From the sequence record PV467749.1: a stretch of DNA of 64,000 nt, one strand, 5' to 3'. Source of the DNA: a phage. The translations under genes were made by a program, and so were the position numbers. Shown piece after piece: positions 7,870-15,193 of this stretch. Every line of letters begins with the position of its first letter. Within the stretch, counting starts at the first letter, position 1. The notes under the pieces are model-generated. The model did no database searches. It saw only the letters and a program-made list of their open reading frames with translations, and was not told the origin of the DNA.

Positions 7870-8061
7870 TTAAATTTTATTTCCGATATAGTCCGGCATG
7901 TTCTTTTCAGTCATACGCTTTGCTAATGTCTGCATATGGCTTATAGCGTTCAAGGTGTCTTCCTCCAGGGATGAATCGAGATAATCAGGATCATTCTTCA
8001 CCTTGCAATGATTATGATAGCGTAGTACTGCCAGTACTTTTTTAACTTCTTCAACTGTCAT
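7870..8061 (-). CDS. hypothetical protein
   Basis: 63-aa ORF, ATGA-coupled to 8058..8330. Confidence 0.65.
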   Translation of the reverse strand: MTVEEVKKVLAVLRYHNHCKVKNDPDYLDSSLEEDTLNAISHMQTLAKRMTEKNMPDYIGNKI

Positions 8062-8330
8062 AATAAGTACTCCACTTCGTTAGCTTTCAGGTTAGTATCA
8101 ATCATCAATGGTTTTTTGTAGTTCACAAAACGATTAGTTTTTTCGATAGCAAATCCCATATAATCCAGCTTACTAACAGTACATTCATTCTTAAAAACTT
8201 CTTTCGCTGCATCGATGGCTGATTGCATGGATAACCGACCATCTAAATTAATGTTTCCAAATGATCCACCAGCAGAAGTAGGATTACCGTTCATATCTTT
8301 AATGATCATAGTAGCGGAGTAGCTGGACAT
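8058..8330 (-). CDS. hypothetical protein
   Basis: 90-aa ORF, SD AAGGAA. Confidence 0.7.
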   Translation of the reverse strand: MSSYSATMIIKDMNGNPTSAGGSFGNINLDGRLSMQSAIDAAKEVFKNECTVSKLDYMGFAIEKTNRFVNYKKPLMIDTNLKANEVEYLL

Positions 8331-8383
8331 AATTTTGTTTCCTTTTATTGGTGGGGAGAACTATTCTCCCCTTGATGTAAACT

Positions 8384-8411
8384 ATTATACAGTACTGATA
8401 TACTTTGTCAA
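8384..8411 (-). promoter_or_regulatory. promoter + 5' stem-loop cassette (PeSL-like)
   Basis: TTGACA-N16-TATAAT (TG-extended) + GGGGAGAATAGTTCTCCCC hairpin. Confidence 0.75.
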
Positions 8412-8417
8412 ATACTT

Positions 8418-8825
8418 TTATTCGCCCATATAGATTAGATTATCATCGCCTACATAGGGATCGCAAACGTTGATTTCTTCGCAGTACTTAGTGAATATAT
8501 CATCATAGTGACCGATATCACGATCCCAAAAACCAGTGCCGTGACCTTCGCGAGTAAGAAAGAGATCATGACCTGCATGACTATAAGTATAATCAGGATT
8601 ATGGTGTTTTTGTACTGTTTCCATATCTTCACCATGTACAGCAAGGAAACGTGAACATGCAATCACTGCCGCTTGATGGGCTTGCTCTGATAATTCATAA
8701 TCTTCCAGGTATTCGCCGTTCTCATTGTGTACTGTACTGAATTGCATAGCTTCAATGTAACCAGCGACCATTGCAGCATGATTTTTATCGTTGGCGATGG
8801 ACCGAGCTTGATTAGTAGTAGTCAT
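8418..8825 (-). CDS. conserved hypothetical protein (GHDLFLTREGHGTGFWDR motif)
   Basis: 135-aa ORF. The H-D-x-F-L-T-R-x-G-H-G-x-G-F-W-D motif resembles a widespread phage/plasmid domain that I cannot name. Confidence 0.8.
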   Translation of the reverse strand: MTTTNQARSIANDKNHAAMVAGYIEAMQFSTVHNENGEYLEDYELSEQAHQAAVIACSRFLAVHGEDMETVQKHHNPDYTYSHAGHDLFLTREGHGTGFWDRDIGHYDDIFTKYCEEINVCDPYVGDDNLIYMGE

Positions 8826-8877
8826 GATTTTATTCCTTTTAGTATCGGGGAGAACTATTCTCCCCTTGATGTAAACT

Positions 8878-8905
8878 ATTATACAGTACTGGTATACTTT
8901 GTCAA
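8878..8905 (-). promoter_or_regulatory. promoter + 5' stem-loop cassette (PeSL-like)
   Basis: TTGACA-N16-TATAAT + GGGGAGAATAGTTCTCCCC; near-identical to the cassette at 8384. Confidence 0.75.
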
Positions 8906-8908
8906 TAC

Positions 8909-9130
8909 TTAATTACGTTTAAAATGATATGTACCTTTATCATCCTGTACGCCCCATACTGATTTACCATTTAAACCAGTGAAGCCGGATTGTAATTCAA
9001 TATGGAAACCATTATTATCAACTACAAAAACTTTTTTATTTTCATCCCGATAGCATTGATATTCTTCACCTGCTTTAAATGCTGCATCATTCAGAAGATT
9101 TGAAGCGTGAACGCAGGTCATAGTAGTCAT
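8909..9130 (-). CDS. hypothetical protein
   Basis: Start moved to MTTMTCVH (SD AAGGAA); 45 track residues upstream are cassette read-through. Confidence 0.65.
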   Translation of the reverse strand: MTTMTCVHASNLLNDAAFKAGEEYQCYRDENKKVFVVDNNGFHIELQSGFTGLNGKSVWGVQDDKGTYHFKRN

Positions 9131-9185
9131 CGTCTTGATTCCTTTTAGTACTAGGGAGAACCATTTCCCCCTCTCGATATAAAAC

Positions 9186-9213
9186 ATTATACGCTCATTG
9201 AGATAGTTTGCAA
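9186..9213 (-). promoter_or_regulatory. promoter + 5' stem-loop cassette (PeSL-like)
   Basis: TTGCAA-N16-TATAAT + GGGGGAAATGGTTCTCCC hairpin. Confidence 0.7.
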
Positions 9214-9307
9214 GTACTTTTTTAAAAATAGTTTTCAGTACTGAATACTTATATAATAGATACACTTCCGCACCCTATGGGTCAGTGAGTTATCTCTCAA
9301 TGGATAT

Positions 9308-9347
9308 ATAATAGCAAAGGGACTGACCGGAGTCAATCCCTTTTTTA
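9308..9347 (-). promoter_or_regulatory. terminator-promoter fusion cassette
   Basis: Hairpin 9319-9340 (GGGATTGAC-TCCG-GTCAGTCCC) carries TTGACT; N17; TATTAT. Follows the stop of 9355..9939. Confidence 0.6.
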
Positions 9348-9354
9348 ATCTTTT

Positions 9355-9939
9355 TTATCGTGTTACCTTACTTGCTGCCACATCACGCTTTTTATAGTAC
9401 TGATTCCAGATATTGCAGGTTAAACCGTAATCAAGTACTTTAATAAGGCCATTACGATCCTGGCCGATATTCTGTTTTCTGATATCTCTTATCGTTAGTG
9501 TTGATAATGTATCATCGACGTGTTGTAGTGCATCAGCAAAGCGGTGCTGGCGTTCGATTGCATTACGTTTAATATTGTACTTTAATTCATTGCACGCGTT
9601 TACGTGCTTCACACTACCTTTGCTTGCAGTACTCAACCGATCCATAACGATAAACATATTATCAGGATCGCATAAATGCATATGCACCTTTGCAAAGTAC
9701 TGTTTCAACTGAGGGCGGTCATAGTCTAAAAAATTCCATACCTTACATTCAGTTTCATTTTGTTCTACACCCGCATCACAATTCGCGACCTTAATCACTA
9801 ACCGATCATTTAAAGCGAAAACTATACGGGAAGAACCAGCACCGATGATCTCCAGGCCAGCTAACCGACAAGCTGAAAGGATCTCTTTGTTGGTTTCCAT
9901 TTCTGACAGTGTACGGATGAATTTAGTATAATTACGCAT
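9355..9939 (-). CDS. minimal protein-kinase-like protein
   Basis: Start at MRNYTKF (SD AAGGAG). IGAGSSRIVF (Gly loop), VIKV (Lys), DIRKQN (catalytic loop), LDYG (DFG-like); ends about 20 aa after DYG. Confidence 0.6.
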   Translation of the reverse strand: MRNYTKFIRTLSEMETNKEILSACRLAGLEIIGAGSSRIVFALNDRLVIKVANCDAGVEQNETECKVWNFLDYDRPQLKQYFAKVHMHLCDPDNMFIVMDRLSTASKGSVKHVNACNELKYNIKRNAIERQHRFADALQHVDDTLSTLTIRDIRKQNIGQDRNGLIKVLDYGLTCNIWNQYYKKRDVAASKVTR

Positions 9940-9967
9940 TGCATGTTCTCCTTGAGTTAATGAAACT

Positions 9968-9996
9968 ATATTACAGTACTTTACTATCAATGGCAA
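9968..9996 (-). promoter_or_regulatory. sigma70-type promoter
   Basis: TTGCCA-N17-TAATAT; overlaps the stop of 9971..10213. Confidence 0.5.
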
Positions 9997-10213
9997 CTAC
10001 TTTTTTAACATTAACGGCGTGGATCACTTCCTTCGTGTTTTTAGTACTGAATACTTTCGCCGCTCCTTGTTCGACCGTGATACGATAGCGACCATTAACA
10101 TCAACCATATTAATAAAGTCCGGCGTGCTGAATGGTGTTGTTTTACATTTGAGTACTGTTAACAGTTCCACCAGCGATGTAGTTTCTTTGATACGTTTTT
10201 CTAAAGTAATCAT
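9971..10213 (-). CDS. hypothetical protein
   Basis: Start moved to MITLEKRIK; the 19 upstream track residues (MTVLKCFST..) are promoter read-through. Confidence 0.65.
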   Translation of the reverse strand: MITLEKRIKETTSLVELLTVLKCKTTPFSTPDFINMVDVNGRYRITVEQGAAKVFSTKNTKEVIHAVNVKKVVAIDSKVL

Positions 10214-10241
10214 TTTGTTTCCCCCGTGTTGGTATGTACAT

Positions 10242-10270
10242 ATAGTACTAAAACATTTGAGTACTGTCAA
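10242..10270 (-). promoter_or_regulatory. sigma70-type promoter (duplicated unit)
   Basis: TTGACA-N17-TACTAT; the same 57-bp unit recurs at 10490-10546. Confidence 0.65.
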
Positions 10271-10489
10271 TTAGATAATATTATATTTCTTAAAATAAAA
10301 TGCGTCCTGTGTTGGTTGATACTCAATTCCATTGCCGTTATTGACTTCAACTAATAAACCTTTGTCAATAAGTTTTTTAATAGTACGATACCCTTGTTGA
10401 AAATTGGTAAAATGTGAATCATTACGAAAGGTATAACCGTGCTTAACTGCTTCATCAATAGTTTTCTTTTCGATTTTAGATAATTTCAT
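10271..10489 (-). CDS. hypothetical protein (possible winged-helix)
   Basis: Start moved to MKLSKIEKK; 72 aa; the KKLIDKGLLVEV segment is helix-turn-helix-like (weak). Confidence 0.6.
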   Translation of the reverse strand: MKLSKIEKKTIDEAVKHGYTFRNDSHFTNFQQGYRTIKKLIDKGLLVEVNNGNGIEYQPTQDAFYFKKYNII

Positions 10490-10517
10490 TTTGTTTCTCC
10501 CGTGTTGGTATGTGTAC

Positions 10518-10546
10518 ATAGTACTAAAACATTTGAGTACTGTCAA
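10518..10546 (-). promoter_or_regulatory. sigma70-type promoter (duplicated unit)
   Basis: TTGACA-N17-TACTAT; copy of 10242..10270. Confidence 0.65.
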
Positions 10547-10797
10547 CGTGATATTAGTTTTATTTTCTTATTGTATTGTTGATGCTCATAAAGGTTTATC
10601 TTTCCTGTGTTCTCGATTACTATCCTGTTGTTAGTGTCCACGTCGATTACACGCAGTTTCCCGTTGCTTAACTTCCTAGGTAATAGGTTACCATTAATAA
10701 ACTCATTAGCAAGCTGTACGGCCTTTGTGATGATTCTCTGAGGTGCTTTATAGTGTACCCGTAAGATGTTATCTTTATATAGTTGAACCTTAATCAT
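10543..10797 (-). CDS. hypothetical protein
   Basis: 84-aa ORF downstream of a terminator hairpin. Confidence 0.65.
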   Translation of the reverse strand: MIKVQLYKDNILRVHYKAPQRIITKAVQLANEFINGNLLPRKLSNGKLRVIDVDTNNRIVIENTGKINLYEHQQYNKKIKLISR

Positions 10798-10810
10798 TTT
10801 GTTTGTCCGA

Positions 10811-10837
10811 TAAAAAAGGCGGGAACTGATCCCGCCG
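10811..10837 (-). terminator. rho-independent terminator
   Basis: GGCGGGatcagttCCCGCC followed by TTTTTT on the minus strand, after the stop of 10859..11254. Confidence 0.7.
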
Positions 10838-10858
10838 TGTTGTTAGTACTGCAAGTTA

Positions 10859-11254
10859 TTAGATAACCTGGCGGCGTTTACTGTATACTGTTACACGATT
10901 ACCCTTACGATCATGTCGGATCTCTTTCTGGTTGCGAATCAGTTCACTTGGACGCTTAAGGTTTGCCAGGTGATCCGCGTGAGTCCATGCGGTGTGGTTT
11001 ACCTGTACTTTGATATCAGAATCAGCGATAAACTCATCTTGTGCGTCAAGTATTGCCGCCAGCATATCCGCTCGTTTTAGTTCTGCTGCTGTCAGTACTG
11101 GCTCAGGTGAATTCACAATATCAGAGATTTCTTTGAACTGTACGGCCCAGCGTTGACCTTTCGGTGCATCTTTGCCCATGTCTTTAAATGCTGCTCCTTC
11201 CTCGCGTGCAACAATACGGGCAGCTTCACGGGTAGCGTAGAATTTAGTAATCAT
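10859..11254 (-). CDS. hypothetical protein, paralog of 22841..23107
   Basis: Shared FATREAAR..FKDMG..KRWA..DRKGNRVTVY; start set at MITKFYATRE (track 11263 adds MYT). Confidence 0.75.
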   Translation of the reverse strand: MITKFYATREAARIVAREEGAAFKDMGKDAPKGQRWAVQFKEISDIVNSPEPVLTAAELKRADMLAAILDAQDEFIADSDIKVQVNHTAWTHADHLANLKRPSELIRNQKEIRHDRKGNRVTVYSKRRQVI

Positions 11255-11298
11255 GGTATACATCCTATTAGTTAAGTTAGTACTACAAGTTAGAGTCT

Positions 11299-11327
11299 AT
11301 TATAAAGTACTATCTGGACAGTGTCAA
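11299..11327 (-). promoter_or_regulatory. sigma70-type promoter
   Basis: TTGACA-N17-TATAAT. Confidence 0.65.
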
Positions 11328-11349
11328 ATAGTACTTTAAATGGATTCTA

Positions 11350-11673
11350 TTACATGTCTTTCTTACGTTTTACATCGTGGTAGCGAACTGTAATTTCTTT
11401 GTTGATCTCTTCCTCGATGCGGTGAATAACTTTTTCTTTCGGGTTGAAACCTATAACGGTTTCTTTAATGATCTCCAAGCCCGTGTATTCGCCTTGTGTA
11501 CCGTAACCGTATGTAAAGGTTTCGTGTCCCAGGTCTTCCCAGCGATCACCAATCAATGCGGACACGTAGCAGGAGTGGTAAGTATTGCCGTGGCTATCAG
11601 TCCACCGATTAACTTTAATGTCAAAGGAGGTTACAATTTTCAGTTCTACTTTCTGGGTAAGGATCATAGCCAT
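11350..11673 (-). CDS. hypothetical protein, paralog of 17861..18184
   Basis: Shared RWTDSxGNTYHSCxVS..FTYGY..V(K/Q)RKKD. Confidence 0.8.
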   Translation of the reverse strand: MAMILTQKVELKIVTSFDIKVNRWTDSHGNTYHSCYVSALIGDRWEDLGHETFTYGYGTQGEYTGLEIIKETVIGFNPKEKVIHRIEEEINKEITVRYHDVKRKKDM

Positions 11674-11729
11674 TTTTATTTCTCTCTCTTTGTTAGGAGG
11701 GGAACCATTCCCCTCGCTTGATGTAAACT

Positions 11730-11757
11730 ATTATACAGTACTAAGATACTTTGTCAA
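11730..11757 (-). promoter_or_regulatory. promoter + 5' stem-loop cassette (PeSL-like)
   Basis: TTGACA-N16-TATAAT + GAGGGGAATGGTTCCCCTCC hairpin; about 85 bp near-identical to the cassette at 11999. Confidence 0.75.
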
Positions 11758-11760
11758 TAC

Positions 11761-11943
11761 TTATTTTTTGGAAAGTTTACGCATTAATTCTACGCTTTCT
11801 TGTGAACGTTTTGCTACCTGGCAAGCTGTATGGGCAGTAAACATTTTTGTATAGTCTGACGCTTTGCCACCGAACCGAGCGGCACGTTCACGGGCACTTG
11901 GAACTAATACTATTTCTTTCTTGCAGATAGTGCACTTAGCCAT
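11761..11943 (-). CDS. hypothetical small basic protein
   Basis: 60-aa ORF MAKCTICKK..; own cassette. Confidence 0.65.
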   Translation of the reverse strand: MAKCTICKKEIVLVPSARERAARFGGKASDYTKMFTAHTACQVAKRSQESVELMRKLSKK

Positions 11944-11998
11944 TTTTATTTCTCTCTTTTAGTTAGGAGGGGAACCATTCCCCCTCTCGATGTAAACT

Positions 11999-12026
11999 AT
12001 TATACAGTACTAAGATACTTTGTCAA
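11999..12026 (-). promoter_or_regulatory. promoter + 5' stem-loop cassette (PeSL-like)
   Basis: TTGACA-N16-TATAAT + GGGGGAATGGTTCCCC hairpin. Confidence 0.75.
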
Positions 12027-12029
12027 TAC

Positions 12030-12305
12030 TTAAGTATTGTAAATGTCGTGAATAGTGATAAAGTTTTTACGACCGTAAACATGTAAATCAGTATCAATGT
12101 AGTGCTTATCAAGTACATCATCGACGCTTAAAGACGTGTCGTGAATATCTTCATAAAATTGTGGATCAACAATCGTGCTTAAGTCATCTGGCGTTAACTT
12201 ATCGTTAAGGCATTGAACCGCCTGGATATCTGCTTCACGTTTCCATTGTTCCAGATTAGTAGTCAGTACTTGCTCGATTTCGTTAGCTGTAAGTAAAGTC
12301 CGCAT
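12030..12305 (-). CDS. hypothetical acidic protein
   Basis: 91-aa ORF downstream of tandem promoters. Confidence 0.7.
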   Translation of the reverse strand: MRTLLTANEIEQVLTTNLEQWKREADIQAVQCLNDKLTPDDLSTIVDPQFYEDIHDTSLSVDDVLDKHYIDTDLHVYGRKNFITIHDIYNT

Positions 12306-12320
12306 TTTAATGTTTCCTTA

Positions 12321-12510
12321 TCAGTGGTTGATGTAAGTATTATACTCGTTTACTTTCTATTGTCAAACTATTTTATCAGGGGAGTTTTTCGTATGTCTTA
12401 CTCCTGGACTACTTAACGGGGTTACTTATTTCGTTCCCCGTCCTGATGTAAAACATTATACTTGATTCTAAGTACAATGCAAGTACTTTTTAAAAATAGT
12501 TTTCAGTACT
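12321..12510 (-). repeat. ~190-bp dual-promoter unit with structured ~75-nt spacer (copy A)
   Basis: Near-identical to 22107..22298. P1 12455-12482 (TTGCAT-N16-TATAAT), two-hairpin spacer, P2 12339-12366 (TTGACA-N16-TATAAT). Confidence 0.75.
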
Positions 12511-12572
12511 AGCCACCAGTAAACAATAGATACATTTATGCACCCGGTGGGCTGATTTGTTTCTATGCGTAT

Positions 12573-12611
12573 ATAATAGCAAAGGGACTGACCGGAGTCA
12601 ATCCCTTTTTC
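12573..12611 (-). promoter_or_regulatory. terminator-promoter fusion cassette
   Basis: Hairpin 12584-12605 with embedded TTGACT; N17; TATTAT; follows the stop at 12620. Confidence 0.6.
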
Positions 12612-12619
12612 AATTATTT

Positions 12620-12769
12620 TTAAACTTCTTTCGGGTTGCGATATGTGATAGCGTTCGGGTACATTTGTTTAATGTTATTCCATGCCTGGTTAACATTATA
12701 ACCACTTGATCGAATCAGTTGGTTATTACCGACACCTTGAAACACTACTTCAAATAAGAATTCTTTCAT
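12620..12769 (-). CDS. hypothetical small protein (49 aa, below ORF-track cutoff)
   Basis: My translation: MKEFLFEVVFQGVGNNQLIRSSGYNVNQAWNNIKQMYPNAITYRNPKEV; ATGA overlap with 12766..12939. Confidence 0.5.
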   Translation of the reverse strand: MKEFLFEVVFQGVGNNQLIRSSGYNVNQAWNNIKQMYPNAITYRNPKEV

Positions 12770-12939
12770 GCTTTCACCTCGCTATCTGCTTTGCCTTTAC
12801 GCCAGGCCGTTGCTAATTGTTCGCGTTGCCATAAGTCGAGTGATACGTAAAGTTTTGCATTATCACCCTTCGGATATTCGCCAGTAGTACCAATCCGATA
12901 AAACAGATCTTTCAGTACTGTTAATTCTACCTGGACCAT
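12766..12939 (-). CDS. hypothetical protein
   Basis: Start moved to MVQVELTVLK; 20 upstream track residues are cassette read-through. Confidence 0.6.
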   Translation of the reverse strand: MVQVELTVLKDLFYRIGTTGEYPKGDNAKLYVSLDLWQREQLATAWRKGKADSEVKA

Positions 12940-12990
12940 TATACTTTCCTCTTTGTTCGGAGGGGAACTATTCCCCTTCCGATATAAAAC

Positions 12991-13018
12991 ATTATACACT
13001 TTATTCAGTACTGTGCAA
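12991..13018 (-). promoter_or_regulatory. promoter + 5' stem-loop cassette (PeSL-like)
   Basis: TTGCAC-N16-TATAAT + GGGGAATAGTTCCCC hairpin. Confidence 0.65.
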
Positions 13019-13026
13019 GTACTTTT

Positions 13027-13239
13027 TTAATCTTTCAGCCAATGATCCTGAATGAATTTTTCACCGGAACCTTGCTGCATTGATTGTAACAGACGTTCGC
13101 GATGAGCGGCGGCGAATTGCTCAGTACTATGCGTTACACCTGGTTGATATCTGGATTCACCATTGGGGGCGATGTATTGTACATCCCACGGTTTTTCGTT
13201 AGTATCAGACCATTTACGAACGATTAGTTGACCTTGCAT
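13027..13239 (-). CDS. hypothetical protein
   Basis: 70-aa ORF, own cassette. Confidence 0.7.
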   Translation of the reverse strand: MQGQLIVRKWSDTNEKPWDVQYIAPNGESRYQPGVTHSTEQFAAAHRERLLQSMQQGSGEKFIQDHWLKD

Positions 13240-13288
13240 TTTTCTTTCCTCTTAGTGGGGAGAATCATTTCTCCCCTTCATGTAAACT

Positions 13289-13316
13289 ATTATACAGTAC
13301 TATAATCTATTGTCCA
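13289..13316 (-). promoter_or_regulatory. promoter + 5' stem-loop cassette (PeSL-like)
   Basis: TGGACA-N16-TATAAT + GGGGAGAAATGATTCTCCCC hairpin. Confidence 0.65.
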
Positions 13317-13324
13317 GTACTTTT

Positions 13325-13513
13325 TTACAGTTTATGAATCAATTCTTTATCTAAGCGATAGCGTACATTATTAATGGTAACAGCATTATTTTTAATGCTA
13401 CGCTGTACGGGTCCACCAGCAATAACAAACGTTGCTTTATTGCCCCGAACAATGATAGCACTTCCAGGATTACCGAAATCATCTTGTACTAAAATACTTG
13501 ATAAGTTTTCCAT
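13325..13513 (-). CDS. hypothetical protein
   Basis: 62-aa ORF, SD GAGGAA. Confidence 0.65.
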   Translation of the reverse strand: MENLSSILVQDDFGNPGSAIIVRGNKATFVIAGGPVQRSIKNNAVTINNVRYRLDKELIHKL

Positions 13514-13560
13514 TTTTATTTCCTCTTAGTAGGGGAAGATGTTTCCCCTTGATGCAAGTA

Positions 13561-13588
13561 CTATAACAGTACTGAAAACTAAATGCAA
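13561..13588 (-). promoter_or_regulatory. promoter + 5' stem-loop cassette (PeSL-like)
   Basis: TTGCAT-N16-TTATAG + GGGGAAACATCTTCCCC hairpin. Confidence 0.55.
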
Positions 13589-13591
13589 GTA

Positions 13592-13948
13592 CTATGATAA
13601 AATCATGATAGGATATTCACTATCGATCAGTACCTCGAATCCGAATCCTTCGTACCATTCTTTAAGATTAAAGGCGTTATCTTCTCCCGTATCGCATTCT
13701 AAGATGATACAATCTGAATCATCGGCGGCATCGATAAAGGCATTCATTAATTCGTTACCTTCACCATTGCCCCGACTATCAGGATCAACATAAAGAGAAT
13801 CAATAAACGCTACACGGTCATAATCAAGATCCGGTGCAATGATTCCACGTTTAACAAACCAGTACTGCAATTGTGCTACTTTGCCCTGTACTTGATAACC
13901 AGTGATCTCGCCATTGTCAGTAGTACGCGTGATATGTTGTATTCCCAT
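13592..13948 (-). CDS. GNAT-family N-acetyltransferase
   Basis: 118 aa; acetyl-CoA motif A-like LYVDPDSRGNGEGNELMNAF, followed by an acidic beta-strand region. Confidence 0.75.
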   Translation of the reverse strand: MGIQHITRTTDNGEITGYQVQGKVAQLQYWFVKRGIIAPDLDYDRVAFIDSLYVDPDSRGNGEGNELMNAFIDAADDSDCIILECDTGEDNAFNLKEWYEGFGFEVLIDSEYPIMILS

Positions 13949-13977
13949 GATTTCAATCCTCAGTTAAGATATAAAAC

Positions 13978-14005
13978 ATTATACACTACTGGATAGTACT
14001 GTCAA
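13978..14005 (-). promoter_or_regulatory. sigma70-type promoter
   Basis: TTGACA-N16-TATAAT, no hairpin. Confidence 0.65.
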
Positions 14006-14011
14006 TACTTT

Positions 14012-14269
14012 TTATCTCATAGATCTATGCCAACAATTACGCGGATCTCTTTTAAAAGTACTATCATGATCCTCCTGGCAAGTAATACAATACATGCACC
14101 CTATAACGGCCTGGCGTCGATTCTCAGGGATTTTATCGCCGCAGTCGAGGCAATGTACTAGTGATTCTCTTTGTGCGTTAATTTGCTTTCTAGCGTGGTT
14201 AACGGCGGCCTGAATCACTGCGTTAATCTCGTCTTGCTCGGCCCCATCTTTCGCGAATCCTACTGCCAT
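14012..14269 (-). CDS. DksA/TraR-family C4 zinc-finger protein
   Basis: 85 aa; CLDCGDKIPENRRQAVIGCMYCITCQ = C-x2-C-x17-C-x2-C, with IP..RR typical of TraR-like proteins. Confidence 0.8.
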   Translation of the reverse strand: MAVGFAKDGAEQDEINAVIQAAVNHARKQINAQRESLVHCLDCGDKIPENRRQAVIGCMYCITCQEDHDSTFKRDPRNCWHRSMR

Positions 14270-14429
14270 TATTTTAACCTCATTATAAAAATACTATAGT
14301 ACTGTAATGCTACAATAATACTACTAGTGTTTATCTTATTCAAACCATATGATACTACATATCCACCAGCATTACCACGGATAGTAACGCCTTTGTACTG
14401 TCTATATAAATTCAACTGCGTATATTGCC

Positions 14430-14512
14430 TTTGATCAAGAATTGATCAGAATTATACTCCTTATGCTAAATTGATCCAGTACTTTTTTGATCATTTATTG
14501 ATCGATATTATA
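14430..14512. repeat. cluster of five TTGATC(A) motifs (GATC sites) in the long leader of the TraR-like gene
   Basis: TTGATCAAGAATTGATCAG (inverted pair), TTGATCC, TGATCA, TTGATCG within about 80 bp. Confidence 0.6.
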
Positions 14513-14565
14513 TAGTTACATTTGTGCACCCTATGGGTTAGTGACGTTCTCGTCTTGATGTAAGT

Positions 14566-14594
14566 ATTATGCCAGTACTGGCATTGTATGTCAA
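14566..14594 (-). promoter_or_regulatory. sigma70-type promoter with downstream CCCAYNGGGTGC box
   Basis: TTGACA-N17-CATAAT; box at 14526-14537; about 290-nt ORF-free leader to 14269. Confidence 0.6.
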
Positions 14595-14605
14595 CAATTA
14601 TTTTC

Positions 14606-14642
14606 AAAAAAAGAAAAAGCCCACCAGCGTTAACCAGTGGGC
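14606..14642 (-). terminator. rho-independent terminator
   Basis: GCCCACtggttaacgctgGTGGGC + T-rich run on the minus strand, after the stop at 14650. Confidence 0.7.
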
Positions 14643-14649
14643 TATAATC

Positions 14650-14793
14650 TTACATCTTGCGGATAATCTTAACAGTATCTTTCACCGATTTACCGTTTTG
14701 CTGACATTGCTCGATCATTGCGTATTGTTCTGCGGTCAGATCCTCGCCAGTTTTTGCCAGTACTGCATCGATGAATGAATCCAGTGCGATCAT
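14650..14793 (-). CDS. hypothetical small protein (47 aa, below ORF-track cutoff)
   Basis: My translation: MIALDSFIDAVLAKTGEDLTAEQYAMIEQCQQNGKSVKDTVKIIRKM. Promoter upstream, terminator downstream; replaces antisense track ORF 14569..14778. Confidence 0.55.
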   Translation of the reverse strand: MIALDSFIDAVLAKTGEDLTAEQYAMIEQCQQNGKSVKDTVKIIRKM

Positions 14794-14837
14794 TTTGTTT
14801 CTCTCTTATGTTAAGTTAACTACTGTTTATAAAACTT

Positions 14838-14865
14838 ATTATACAGTACTATCAAACTATGTCAA
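14838..14865 (-). promoter_or_regulatory. sigma70-type promoter
   Basis: TTGACA-N16-TATAAT. Confidence 0.65.
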
Positions 14866-14884
14866 TAGTACTGGTAATATATTT

Positions 14885-15097
14885 TTAGTTAATGATAGTC
14901 AGTGTAAAATTGTAATCACCTGCCTGGTATAGTACTTTGTCGCCGAACGTTCCAACACGTTTCATATTGCAATAGATACCCATAACACTTTTTACATCTT
15001 TGATATTCCGAACGCCAGTAATATCCTTGTTTAAATGATCGTGATCAGAAAATAAAACTTGTTTTGCATTTTTCAGTACAGTGCAGATATTAGCCAT
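14885..15097 (-). CDS. hypothetical protein
   Basis: 70-aa ORF, own cassette. Confidence 0.7.
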   Translation of the reverse strand: MANICTVLKNAKQVLFSDHDHLNKDITGVRNIKDVKSVMGIYCNMKRVGTFGDKVLYQAGDYNFTLTIIN

Positions 15098-15151
15098 TTT
15101 GTTTTCTCTCTCTGTTAGTGGGGAGAAGTTTTTCTCCCCTTGATGTAAACT

Positions 15152-15179
15152 ATTATACAGTACTATAATCTATTGTCAA
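15152..15179 (-). promoter_or_regulatory. promoter + 5' stem-loop cassette (PeSL-like)
   Basis: TTGACA-N16-TATAAT + GGGGAGAAAAACTTCTCCCC hairpin. Confidence 0.75.
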
Positions 15180-15193
15180 ACTATTTTTTTATA

